The position numbers were made by a program, and so were the translations under genes. This document shows positions 13,560 through 26,592 of a stretch of 64,000 bases of DNA, in pieces; positions within the stretch are counted from its first letter, which is position 1, and each line of letters starts with the position of its first letter. The DNA comes from Octopus sinensis. Lineage: Eukaryota. Below the pieces are notes generated by a model that was not told the DNA's origin, did no database searches, and was given only the letters and a program-made list of their open reading frames with translations. The DNA lies in contig NC_043000.1 in the NCBI RefSeq assembly GCF_006345805.1, positions 163,246,001 through 163,310,000 of the forward strand, read 5' to 3'.

Positions 13560-14732
13560 AGAATTTGAGTTACTTTGGCTGTGGTTTTTAACTGATCGTG
13601 GATACCTTAGAGGCTCTTTGATTGGTTTGTCAGTCTTCGATAGTCATGGAAGTATTGTTGATAGGTATTTATCCTGTTGTTGTTATAGTTATTTTGTTGC
13701 TATAGAAGCCGCTATTTTTAAGCTAACATTGTTGTTATTGTCTAGTCTCCAAGCCAGATCTTGTTCGTTTATTCTTATGACACGCGAGTAGTTAACCGAA
13801 TGACTAGGCACAGTCAACATGTTTGTTCCAGTCGAACTATATCTCTGCCTAGTTGAGAGTCATACTAAACATATAGACTTGCATGGGGCGAATTAAACAT
13901 TGTACGTATTATATTCTCTCCACTGTCCCGTCTATTTATATACGGCTGTAGATTTTTGCAGTGATTACAGCGAAAGAGGAAATAGTAGACTAGGTCAGGA
14001 ATCTATTTCTATTAGTGGTGTGCATCCCTTCATAGATTTTAGAGTTCATGTGGTAGTTAAAACTGCAGCTACGTGTGGATATGTTCCTTACGCTTGTCTT
14101 CTGGTTGAATTGATGAGACTGCTCTTAAAATATTGTAGTAGTGTTCAAGAGTGTTTTCTATGTATCTTAGTGTTGGAGGTAGTTTTTCATACTGTGACAA
14201 GGACGGTGAAGGTTGGAGGTTGCTGCGTCAAGAAACTGTACTCTTTGCATGTCTAGGTGGTATAATATTTTTGATTCGTTGTGGAGGAATATGGATCTGG
14301 TCCGTAACAACTTGTGGTGATACCTAATGCAATGTTGTGTGATCATTGTAATCTTTAGTGGTACATGTGTTATGAAGAGGTGGAAGACAGCAGACAACGC
14401 TAGTATAATCAATGGGGGTTTCGGTGTAATGTTTGCACAAATGTGTCGTTGTTTCTACCCAATATTATGTTAACTGTGATTGTTATAGGAGGTTTAAGCG
14501 TCGTTTTGCTTGCTTAACTGTTTTATGAGTAATGTGCATGTTACGAGGATGGTGTTTATAGCTCATTAGAATTTTGACTTTTAAGAGTAACAAAGTACTT
14601 CGTAGGTGCTACATGAATTCTGGTGTTTTGGAGCCAAGTGTCCTGGTGTTTGAGATAGAGATGAAGCTGTACTGCCTCGTCTGGAGTATGGTAGGTATAT
14701 ATGAATACGAGGTCGTTTGCTGTATGTATGTA

Positions 14733-14779
<47 letters not shown>

Positions 14780-15600
14780 TATATATATTGGAAAATTAAG
14801 ATAGGTACACATTATTAGTTTCTACGTACGTTTCGCCATTGCAGTTTTGAAGATGTGAATCAGAATGTCATAGCTCTGTGCAGTACTACTTCAAACGAGC
14901 ATTAAGGGCTTCACTCAGAACTGCTATAATTTAGTCAGCCTTCCAAAGTCTTGGACTCAGTCGGTGTTGTTACGAATAAGTTGTATACATTGCATGTAGT
15001 AATACATCTTTATCATATGTATTTTAAGTATGCGTTCGTTATTTTCTCAGATTTTGAAAGTTTTGCGTTTTTAGATTCCCTTATTGCTTTTTGGGCGTTT
15101 AATGAAAAAAAGGAGTTCCTATTAAGAATTGAATTGAAATATATAAGTTTTCTCTTTTGTGTTCTTCGCCTTTTTGTGTGTGATTGTTAGTGGTTGATTT
15201 TCGAGAAACTACCGATGTTGAAGTTTGAAAACATTCGAAGGTTATTTTGTAATATGGTATGTATAGTGGCCGTCATTATTTTTACTTTTGTTTGTAATAC
15301 CGATAATTCTGTCTAGAGTATTTTACGATTTGTTTTGTGGTTTATGTCAGATGCACTTAATTACACAGTTTGTTGTTTGTATATAGCTTGTTTTCCCTTT
15401 ACTATCTGTAGCACTTTGATACTCAGGTTTATTTCTCACGGAGTTGCTTATACTAAGGTCAGTCTGATCAACGAAACCTGTAATCTTTCTAGCTTTGTTT
15501 AGTCTGTCTTCTGTGTCTCGTTATCCAATGCGTCGATCATTTTATAAGACGGAAGTTTGATTTTGAGAGAATTCAAACCGATATTTTGTTACTCGGTCGA
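13560..15600 (-). mobile_element. Highly degenerate RTE-like LINE remnant
   Basis: Scattered motifs MKGCTPL and AVITAKIYSRI resemble RTE-type W.KGCILP and TAIAAKIYN. Frames are broken and the extent is uncertain. Confidence 0.35.
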
Positions 15601-15692
15601 TCATCGACGCAGAAGCCTTTTGTTGCTTCATTAATTGTGTTGTTGCAGTGATTGTGAATTATGTTTGAGGTTGTACTTTGCTTTAATCAGGT

Positions 15693-15778
<86 letters not shown>

Positions 15779-16807
15779 ATAATTTGGGTTGTCATGTTTT
15801 ATGTTCTTTTGGGGGAGGAGATGTTTATTTTCTTTAAGCGTCTAGCGCATTAGTCTCATAATGAAGTCGGTATTGTTATTGCTTTTGATGTTGTTGTTGT
15901 GTCGGTGGTGGTGACGATGATGATGATATTAATGACGACGACGATGACGATGATGATGATTTCGTTGTTGACGTTGCTGTTCATGATGTTATTTTTTGTT
16001 TATATTTTATTTCATTCTGATTTTTTTCTTTTTGTTATCGGCGCTGTTGCCGTTGCTATCGCAGTCTTCACTGTGTTGTTGTTGTTGCTGCTGTTTGTTA
16101 CTGAAACGAATTCTCCTCGACCTCTCCTGAAGGCAATTAACGCACAAAGCGTGTCCTTAATTCACCTCTCGATCACAGTCGACACTCGCCACCTGCTTTG
16201 CTATACAAGCACATATAAACAACACAATAGCTTGCACACACACGCACAGACACACACACACACACACACCACACACACACACACATGATATATATGTATA
16301 CACATACATACACTCGCTTGCTCACATATACAATAGCGCAGCTTTCTAAATGATGTAAACAGAAGTTAGACAGAACAGATATTTTTAACTTATTGAACAA
16401 AATCCGTACAATTCGCATGCGAAGTTTGACGGGTAACGTCCATTTAGAGGCTTATGTCACCCAGTAAAATAATGGCCTCCTTTTTAGAGAGCATTGTAAA
16501 CAATTATAGATATACATTCTAAGGGTGCATAAGTAATGTGTGTGTATCTTAAAACGCATGTATGTGCACGCATGAATCTCTCTTTCTCTCTCTCTCTCTC
16601 TCAATTAAAAAAAAAATTTATACTTAGTAAAACTGTTTGAAGTAATTTTTACAAATTCTTTTAAATATTTTATATATACATCACAGTATCGACCAAACTA
16701 TCAGATGTTGTTGTATATCGCTGTCACAATGCGCTTTCGTTTTAGCTTTCGAATGATGTCTTAGATAAGAGACCAGGCTAAACGAACAGGCCATGTATAT
16801 ATATGTA

Positions 16808-16851
<44 letters not shown>

Positions 16852-16854
<3 letters not shown>

Positions 16855-17250
16855 AGTGAATTGAAGAAATGGAGTTGAACGAAGATTGAACAGAAATCGT
16901 TTTATTGCATTCTACACGTGTTTCGAAAGCCACAATTTACCAAATTCCGATTGAATAAGGAGACCATATTGTGTCTTTCTCTTCAGGAAGAAATAGGAAA
17001 TCCGTTGGCAAAAACAAAAACAGAACAGAGGCGCAGCAAAACAAATCGAACGAGGCTCCTAAGAGCCCATGGCCAAACTCCATTTCTTCAACTCACTAAT
17101 AATATTAAAATTCAATTATCCGCACCAACGCATGGTTGCAACACCATATGGTTGTACCTCCACCGTGCTGTCTTCTGCTGTGATTTTTGCTACCAAGGTA
17201 TCGGTTAAACTTTTGATTAATCTGCAACAAGATTATCATCTTTCTATTTC

Positions 17251-17252
<2 letters not shown>
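16852..17252 (-). mobile_element. (TA)n-embedded PLE pLTR/retrozyme-like insert
   Basis: Flanked by long (TA)n tracts. Contains a hammerhead and a 25-bp inverted repeat (16852-16876/17076-17100, 1 mismatch). Confidence 0.55.
16903..16995 (-). ncRNA. Type I minimal (palindromic helix III) hammerhead ribozyme motif
   Basis: Minus strand: TATTTCTTC [CTGAAGA] GAAAG-A-CACAAT...ATTGTG-G-CTTTC [GAAA] C-ACGT-G [TA] GAATGCAATA. GUA site between 16913 and 16912, followed by AATAAA. Confidence 0.75.
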
Positions 17253-17310
<58 letters not shown>

Positions 17311-17364
17311 TATATATATATATAATATATATATATATTATATATATATATATATATATATGCA

Positions 17365-17472
<108 letters not shown>

Positions 17473-17569
17473 ATATAATATATATATATAGAAAGATAGA
17501 TAGATAGATAGAGAAAGAGAGAGCTATGTATATTATGTTTGGAAGTAAGCATGTCATTGCTTGTGTTGC

Positions 17570-18400
17570 TCTGAATGTTTTAACCTAAACGAAGGAAAAA
17601 TTGAGCTGATGCATTTTGGAAGAATGTCTATGCTAAAACAGCCAGGGGAATCACTCACAGAATCTAATGATATCAGAAACCTAGGAATAATTGTTGAGAA
17701 CAATCTCAGCTGGAGTGCCCACATCAACAGTAAGGTCGATATAGCTTTTAGGATGAGCTCCTGGTTCCTAAGAACCTTTCGGTCCTGAGAACAAGGTGTT
17801 ATCATTCCTCTTTTCTCCTCCTTTGTACGGCTTTACCTTGAATATTGCTGCCCCCAGTGATCTCCCCTTACAAAACAAAACATTTCGAAAACTGAATCTC
17901 CCCAGAGGTCATTCACTAAAAGAATTAAGGGCATGACTGATCTCGATTATTGGGACCGCCTGAAAGCATTGAAACTATTCTCTCCAGCACTGCCGTGAGC
18001 AATACATCCTTTGCACGATGTGGAGAATATACCACCAGCATTACCCAAACGACCTCAACATCAGTTTCAAAATTCATCCAATTAGGACCATGGGCCATAC
18101 GTCTCCTACCCATTTCATGATTACAACATATAAATACACCGCAAGACAATTTCTTTTCCTCACCTGACCTATTTAACATTGTCCAGAAACAGATCAAAGA
18201 GGAAAAGGATCCAATTACTTTTAAACTGAATCTGGACAAATTTCTTCAATGAATACCAGATAAGCCATCAATACCTAGATACAACTCTCTCAGCAAGAAC
18301 TCCCTAATCGAATGGACCATGAAACCACAAAAGCATTTAGCTAATCCTATCAGGTGGCGTTATTAAGTTAGACTTGGCCAGAACCAGTTTTTAGTCGAAA
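17570..18400 (+). mobile_element. CR1/L2-group LINE, 3' part of RT ORF, degenerate
   Basis: LNEGKIELMHFG...IRNLGIIVENNLSWSAHIN...FVRLYLEYCCPQ*SP...QRSFTKRIKGMTDLDYWDRLKALKLFSLQ. Preceded by a (TA)n tract. Confidence 0.85.
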
Positions 18401-18954
18401 AGTCTTATAGTTTTATGCGTGTGTATATCGAATTTGTTTTTTTACATATTTTTAGTTACATTAATGACTTGTAACTGTGATTTTTCTTTTTGCTATTAAT
18501 CGTTTCCTCTCTGCTTTCGCGAAACTCATCTGAGGCTGCAGCTACGTTACGTAAACATAAGCAATTACGTGTATAAACCCACAGTTACTGTGTGGATGGA
18601 ATACCTACAGATTCTTTGGTTGTTTGGCCTAGATGCTTGGTTTAACATTATGTTTAACATAAACGTCTATTGAACAACCGATTTCTACTACTCGACACAC
18701 TTCCTATTTTCTTGTCCCCAAATATTATTCCTGTATGTTTGTCCACAATCAGCTGATACTCATTTCTACCAATATCTTTGGGTAAAGGAATATGCCACCA
18801 CGCTCATTTTCTCAACTCCTTGGAATGTAGAGCTAATGGGGACTTCGACAAAATCGGAGTGTCTACTGAAAATATTAGCAAAATTTCCCTTAAATCGCAT
18901 TTTATTGCTTTTAATAAAGGGGAGGAGAATGCAATGTATTGTGTAATAGCTGAT

Positions 18955-19150
<196 letters not shown>

Positions 19151-19837
19151 TGATACCAACAACAAAAACGAATAACCACGGATGAAAAAGCCTTTGATTG
19201 CCAAAGGTTTGCCCAATAAGCCCTGACCTGAGGCTGAGTAACAACATCCTTGAAGTGTTTAATGCTGATCAAGTAAGAAAAGAATCTCTCTGACCTTGAA
19301 AAGTTAAGTAATTCGCATCATTTAATGAAGCCTTGCGTAAGATAAATAAATATTCATTCATCCTTAAGTTACATATTTTGTCGTATATGGATTTGTGGGA
19401 AAGATTATAAACTAACCCCGTAACCAAATACGATCCCAAGGGAAGAGAATAACAAAACTAAAAGCTTCGACTAACTCTATAGATTCCTTAAGTTTGGATA
19501 ACATGAATAGAAGCAAGTAAGACAGTTGCTACAAACTTCTTGACACGCACTCGCACACACACACGCACGCACACGCACAGACACACACACACACACACAC
19601 ACACATTCGTGTGTATATGCGTGTGTGTGCGTGTTTCTGTGCGTAGTACGATCTTTCGAAAATACGTCAGGAATGCATCATCAAAGAAGATATCTGACAC
19701 AAGTGCTCATAAATTTAGAACGTATTCTAAAGTGAAGCAAAAGAATAACACACACACACCACCACCACCACCACCACCACCACACAAACACAAACGTGCA
19801 CCTGCACAACCTCCAACCCCAACTCGTAACCTCCGAA

Positions 19838-20220
19838 GTCCTGCAAGCTACCTTCTAGAAGGATCATGCTTTTCAAGGGCTGTAGTCTACAGAACCACCC
19901 TCACACCATCCGATGGCATCAGCAGGCAAAACACAGGCATGACGGCCAATGATTTCAAGGGATGGTACAACCAGCGTATGCACACACTTAAAAACAGGGA
20001 TAGAGAGAACTCCACCCATTTTTCTCGTTTCCTCTGGAGACTCTGCAATCTCCGAAATGGAATCCCCAGCATCGAATAGATCATCATCGACAGAGCCCCA
20101 CCATAATCACTCGGCGCCTGCTACTGCCGGCTCTGTTTCCATAATATACTACATATTATCCACCAGCCTGCAATATCTATCAACAGGAAATAAATCTATC
20201 TTATTGTTGCCATCAGAGGT
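19838..20220 (+). mobile_element. Penelope-like element GIY-YIG endonuclease remnant (pseudogenised)
   Basis: Translates as LLEGSCFSRAVVYRTTLT...NTGMTANDFKGWYNQRMHTLKNRDRENSTHFSRFLWRL...IE*IIIDRAPP*...CRLC. This fits the PLE VY...YIG.T...FK.RY..H...F...T.LS.YIW...I.W.I...C.LC pattern. Stops are present. Confidence 0.75.
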
Positions 20221-20969
20221 ACTCGCTCCTAGTGAACTTCAAACCACTGAGAGCCGACGACCCATATATACCACCAGAACATTAGTTGCTCCTCAACATT
20301 GGCTGCATCAGACTAAGAAGAGGGTCCATAACCACTAATGCCTACTCAGACTGCAGACCGACACCTCGGCATTGCCTAAAACCCCCTACATTCGCCTTCA
20401 CAGCCGCAGTGTGCGCGCGAAAACACACGCATACATACACATCTATATAGACACACACTTCCAATCATAATTCTGTTCACACTTAGGCTACACTGTAGTA
20501 GTATTTTTCATGAGGGGGAAAAAGGGACCACTAGGTGTTGTAAGGATGAAAAGGAGGTGGACAAATCGACATGTTTAAAAAAATAAGATCGTTTGAAAAT
20601 TTTAAAACTTACTTGTTCAACACTATGGCGACGAGGAAAATCGCGATGTACTCAAACTGTTTGTGGAGAACAGGAATATGAAGAAACTCACTTTTGCCTT
20701 AAAATCGTCGATTTATACTGGCTGTAATGCATCCTGACTGGCGTCAATTACTTCATCTGCTGATGATTTATTAACATTTTCCTTTCGTCTCAAGGACCTC
20801 GTTGGTATTTTGATAGAATTAAAATTTTCCAATTTATAAAATTTACTTTTTTACAACAGCTTACATTTTATTTTACCTTTTATACTTTTTGTACTTATAT
20901 ATTTTGTCAGCTTTCGTACTTCTTGAAATAGCATGGAAAATGCAAGGTAGAATATGGTAATATTCTTAA

Positions 20970-21850
20970 TTGAACCTGGAAAATACGGGAAAGAAATGGA
21001 AGCTTAAAAGTAGTGCAGCTGAAGTTGAAATCAAAATTTTATAAAATGGTCTTATTTTATTTTCAAATATAAAAGTTATAACCCTACGCTGTTTAGATTC
21101 TAACTCCCCGTATTTTCTCTGTGGAATGTCCTATATTTATTACCTGTAAGATAATATATTTTAAGTTATGGGAAGGAACTGAAGTACTAGTATATGCTAG
21201 AGATGTAGCCTGTCTTTCAAAATTTAAAATATTTTCAGTTACCTTCTTATGTTTTTCTAACTACAGCTAAGCTGACATTTAGGTGTACAGAAATATGAGT
21301 TAATCTAGGTGTGGGGAGAGTGACTAAGATGAACTTAAACTCGCCTGTCAGCTTAGAAATAATGAGAAATAAATATTGTGGTGGTTTTAGTGATGTCTGT
21401 CATCTATAAAAATGAAAATGTATCCCCACAAGAGATAAAGGATACGTAATTTATACACATGAAACACTGGAAATCCAACTTACCTGGGCTTTTCATACCC
21501 AGAAACGCCCCTACACTCGTGTCCTCTATAAAGTTTGACCAAGAAATCTATTTTAACCAAAGTGCACAAAATTTGATTCATCTTCCTCAGTTTCAGCATA
21601 AACCGCTGGGTTCGATCGTGATTAAACTCATAATTATAATCATGCAAATGTACTATGGGAGAGAAAAATGGCTCTTCAAATTTAACATTACCAACATGTT
21701 GCCCAGGGGAATCCAGGTCTTCCTTTTATTTCTTTTTCCCTATTTTACTTTTATCCCCATATGAACCCCCACCCCACCCCAAAGCATAGGATTTATAATA
21801 AAATTCTAACTACAGCTGCAATATTTTAAGCTTCCATTTTCCAGGTTCAA
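20970..21850. mobile_element. Non-autonomous TIR element flanked by TTAA
   Basis: TTAA at 20966-20969 and 21851-21854. TIRs begin TTGAACCTGGAAAAT and continue GGAAGCTTAAAA..TGCAGCTG.AGTT after an ~11-bp indel. Confidence 0.7.
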
Positions 21851-22674
21851 TTAATGTTTGTATGCATATCGAGATTTGTAGATACGTAACAGAGATATGC
21901 ATACCGACTGGCGTATGCTTGAAGAGCGTATGGCCTTGTGAGCGCAAGTGTTTGTACCTAGGGTAATTGCAACCCGAGAAGGCGAACGCATGAATTGAAA
22001 GATACGTGAAAAGGCAACTATGCAGAAGTATATGCTAAGATATGAACACACTCACATGGTGATGAACACGTGTTTAATTAGCACTCTATTTTGTTAATTA
22101 CGGAGATTTACTTGCATGACAAATGTTTTGATCTAAGACCGTGCGTGAAAACTAGCCGTTCAGAAACACATAAAGATTATCAGCTTCACTTAAACATTTG
22201 TTGTTTGTAATCTCGTGTCACAATTTCCGTCGTGTGAAACTACGATAGGGTCACTGAAAAACTTTGTGCAGAAAAGCACAAACATTGTCAGTAACCAAAA
22301 GCTTCGGCACCCTATTATTGAAGTTAAAGGCTTTTGTGTCTTTCTGAATTGCTAACTTGTGTCCTCCATGCTGCAATCGTTTTATTTATTAATCATTCAT
22401 CGTTTATTTATTATCCACATATTTCTTCTCTGGTGTTTATTTTCTATAGTTGTATTTGTAAACCAGTACGAGGTTCGTTTACGTAATCAAGCTCATAGAC
22501 GCACTGATATAGATGTTGTGGATAGCATTCACTTGCACGTAGTGCTAACACTTTCTATCATTAAACCACTGAATTGTGGATAAGTTATCTTATTTTGGTA
22601 CTTAATTCATAATTACAGTTATATGTAATTTCAATTAAAACGAGAGGGATCTCCCTTGTTGTATATTGCTTTTA

Positions 22675-22880
22675 AACTTTGGCACAAGACCAGAAATTTC
22701 GTGGGTGGGGACAAGTCGATTACAGCGATCCCAGTGTTCAACTGGTTCTTATTTCGTCGACTCTGAAAGGATGAAAGGCAAAGTCGAAACCGCCGAAATT
22801 TGAAATCAGAAAGCAAAGACGGACGAAATGTCACAAAGCATTTTGTCCGGCTTGCTAACGATTCTGCCAACTCGAGGCCT
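22675..22880 (-). mobile_element. SINE family B (AAGGCGGCGAGCTGGCAGAATCG head)
   Basis: Colinear with 53702-53915. Other copies or fragments at about 565-702, 960-1080, 7228-7419, 39062-39262 and 42962-43180 (all minus). Confidence 0.8.
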
Positions 22881-23094
22881 TTCTCTTCAACTTGCCAACG
22901 CAGAAGTTGTGCTGGCGAATCTGAGAATTAGGAACCTCCTGACAAGGTTCTTTCTTGGTTGTAAGTCTCTAATCATATTCCGTATGTTGAAACATGCCAT
23001 CTTAACAGATTTCGTTCCCGAAGACCGAAGTAGATTATCCAGACACAACTCCGACTTGTTTATTTAATCTTGTTCTGTAATATTTACGCCTGAG

Positions 23095-23280
23095 TAAGGC
23101 GGCGAGCTGGTAGAATCGATAGCAAGCCGGGTAAAAATGCTTAGAGGCATTTCATTCGTCCTCAGGTTCTAAGTTCAAATTCCGTTGTGATCGACTTCGC
23201 CTTTCATTCTCTCTGGCTCGATGTAATCGACTTAACCCTCCCCTGAACTTGCTGGCCTTGTGGCAAAATTTGAACCCAAT
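23095..23280 (+). mobile_element. SINE family B
   Basis: TAAGGCGGCGAGCTGGTAGAATCG...AGTTCAAATTCC...CCTTGTGGCAAAATTTGAA. Confidence 0.85.
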
Positions 23281-23689
23281 ATTTATACCTGACAGGTTCG
23301 AGGAATGCCTACCGACTAATTGCTAAACAGTGTAGTCCCGTCAGAATGTGTTCGAAACCATGGAGAATGCTTAGTTGTCGACTGCGTTCATCGTCTTTAT
23401 TTAACTGCCATGTTCTATAATGTTACTTATTGCTTCTTCTTTTTTCCCCACCTTTTTCTCACCTTTCTGTGTAAATGCTTTACCAAAAATATTCCTTCTT
23501 CACTTGTTTTCGCCTCTTCCCCCCCCCCCCCCAGTGTTATATCTTTAACTCTTGGTCTGTTTTATTTTTTAAATTTTACGACTCCATGTTTAGTTTCATC
23601 TTTATGTACTTCCTACTGCACACTTTCTTCGGGTATTCTTTACCGGTAACGCACGCAGTTCCCTCTTTCTTGCACTGTACATACGGATG

Positions 23690-23749
23690 TTTATATGTGT
23701 GTGTGTGTATGTATATATATATATTATTTGTGTGTGTGAATGTATATGT

Positions 23750-23811
<62 letters not shown>

Positions 23812-24230
23812 GCATATATATATGTACATACATATGTATATGTATATATGTATATATATATGTATGTTATATATATATATGTATATATATGTATATATAT
23901 ATATGTATATATATGTATATATATATGTATATATATGTATGTATATATATGTATATATATATGTACATATATATGTATATATATATATATGTTTATATAT
24001 ATGTGTACATATATATGTATATATATGTATGTATATATATGTGTGTGTGTATATATATATGTGTGTGTTTGTGCATATATATATAGACATATGCATACAT
24101 ATATATGTATATATGTATGTATATATTTACATATTTATATATATGTGTGTATACATATGTATATATATGTGTATATTAATGTGTGTACGCGTGTATATGT
24201 ATATATATAAGTATATATATATGTGTATAT
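23690..24230. repeat. Long complex (TA)/(TG) microsatellite
   Basis: Direct reading. Similar tracts at about 1728-2000, 5845-6180, 17253-17490, 48545-48820, 52247-52362, 60310-60460 and 61500-61660. Confidence 0.95.
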
Positions 24231-24994
24231 ACATGGTGTATATTCCAGTACACATTACTGTATACAATCTGCTAACATTCCTCACTATTTTCGAGTGACA
24301 AGAAAAAAAAAACACAGGAGTCCAAAGGCTAACATGGTGTGTTATTCCAAATGCATACCCCCCCCCCCCACCATTCACACACATTTATCTTGAAACTGTT
24401 GACAAGACAATCATCATCATAATCATCATCATCATTATCTCTCACCCCACCTCCTCATCACCATTCTCATGACCACCGTACATTTAATCTCCTTCTTCCT
24501 CTTCTTCCATTCTGTCTTTTTCTTGTACATTGTTTTTGTTTGTTTGTTCCCCCCACCCCACCCCCGCGTTGACTCTCTCATGGCGTCACGAATACTGCGA
24601 GACGATGTAATTGCTGATGCACACAGAGGCTCTCAGACACATTCATACGCTGAAACATAATCATACGTACACGCACTCACACCACTGACACGCACGTACA
24701 CACACACACATAAACACACCAGTGTGTGTGTGTGTGTATGGTGTACACATACATGTAATGTATGTATATATAATGTATGTATATATAATGTATGTATATA
24801 TCTATATAAGTCATATATACATGTATATATATGTATGCCTATAGGTGTGTGTGTGTACACACACATATAATCATAGATATATATATATATGGATAGATAG
24901 ATAGATAGTTAGATATAGATATATAAACACACATATAAGTGTATATATAGCATATAAACACATAAGAGTATACATACATACATACATACATACA

Positions 24995-25025
<31 letters not shown>

Positions 25026-25072
25026 CCATACATACATACATACATACATACATACATACATACATACATACA

Positions 25073-25106
<34 letters not shown>

Positions 25107-25123
25107 CACACGCACATATATAT

Positions 25124-25169
25124 AAAACCGTCCGACGAACGGGAACGTGAAACTCTTAGTAACAGTTTT
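25124..25169 (+). ncRNA. Type I hammerhead motif with U4C core variant (first of a tandem pair)
   Basis: AAAACCGT [CCGACGA] ACG-GGAA-CGT [GAAA] CT-CTT-AG [TA] ACAGTTTT. Helix I has 7/8 pairs, helix II a GNRA loop, and the site is GUA. Confidence 0.65.
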
Positions 25170-25275
25170 TGTGATATTTTTATTGCTTTTTAATAAAGTA
25201 TACATATGACCTCGTGTGTACCGTTGGCGATTTTTTTCCTCTGTCTTCCCTTCTCTGGATCTTTCCTTCTCCTAT

Positions 25276-25310
25276 GTTTCCGACGAAGAGCTCCGCTCGA
25301 AACGTTAAAC
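25276..25310 (+). ncRNA. Minimal type I hammerhead motif with U4C core variant (second of a tandem pair)
   Basis: GTTT [CCGACGA] A GAGC-TCC-GCTC [GAAA] CG [TT] AAAC. Palindromic ACGT replaces helix III and there is an extra A after A9. Confidence 0.55.
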
Positions 25311-25415
25311 CCTCCTTCTTTCCTTCCTTCCTTCCTGAGCGTCCAATAATACTATATTTGTTCCACGTCCTCACGTTGTTGTGTTTTTTTTGTGCTTTCT
25401 TGTTTGGATTAACTT

Positions 25416-25446
<31 letters not shown>

Positions 25447-25541
25447 GGGGAGGGAGAGAGAGCATGAGTTTGATACAGATAAAAAGGAATGAACACAGAT
25501 CCGAATATAGATCTAAATTTAAGGGTAGAGTTTAATATTTA

Positions 25542-26194
25542 CGAGGGCAAGTCAAAAATTATCTGCACTTTCACCATAACATATCTTTATTATTGTCACA
25601 CTACCTTCTGCGCATGCGTGCTAATAGTTGGTACTATTGTGGTCACGCGGTCGAAGTTTGAGTCTGATCGCGCCATATTCCTTTTTTCTGGCCTCTCCAC
25701 TGACAACGTGCACCAGAGAAGAACAAAGAGCAAGTGATCCAATTTCAATTGGTCGGAAGGTGTGCCAGGTGCTGAAATTCATTGGAGGCTTTTAGCACAA
25801 TATGGGGACAGTTTACTACCGTGTAGTAGAAGTGTGTTTGAGTGGATCAAAAAGTCTAAAAGTGGCCGGATAAGCATGATGAATAAAGAGTGTGCAGGAC
25901 GCCCGTCAACCTCCACCACTGACGACAAGATTCAGTAAGCTCGATGGTAACGGTAAACCGGTTCACCATTACCATCTCTCGGATCACTGGTCTTTGTTCT
26001 TCTTTGATGCACATTGCTAGTGGAGGGGCCGTGCTTACACTGTAAAGCCAGAAAGAAAAATTGTACGATCAGGCTCAGACTTCGATCACGTGAGTACAAT
26101 AGTACCAATTATAAGCACGCATGCGCAGAAGGCCGTGTGACAATAATAAAGATATGCTATTGCGAAGGTGCGGATAATTTCTAACTTCCCCTCG
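25542..26194 (+). mobile_element. Internally deleted mariner element
   Basis: TA on both sides and ~100-bp TIRs beginning CGAGGG. The interior encodes a mariner N-terminal HTH remnant: CTREEQRA/VIQF/SEGVPGAEIHWRLLAQYGDSLL/RSVFEWIKKSKSGR...GRPSTSTT. Confidence 0.9.
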
Positions 26195-26523
26195 TACTGA
26201 CAGTGACTTCGAGGCTTCACTGAATGTGTGGCTTATTCAATCTTTGCAATGTTGTAACTTCATTAAGAAGATAGAATGAAAAGAATAATCCCATGAGGAA
26301 TTCCACCGTAGAATAAATACAGTTTGAAGTCCACTACATGATCTCCACTTAATGTTATAATTACTTTTACCTTCGTTGATTCTAACCCCTTTGAACGGAT
26401 AGGAGGCGTGGTGATATCTGTTTCCGCTTTCTGCTCTGTGATTTGAAATCCCAATGAGGTCGACTTAGTCTTTCATCCATCTTTTCTGGGTGGATAAATA
26501 CAGTATCAACTTTGTGCTGGCGC

Positions 26524-26592
<69 letters not shown>

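Larger units (their letters stand above)
25124..25415 (+). mobile_element. (TA)n-embedded PLE pLTR/retrozyme-like insert with two tandem hammerheads
   Basis: TA repeats on both sides, with hammerhead motifs at 25124-25169 and 25276-25310. Confidence 0.6.
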
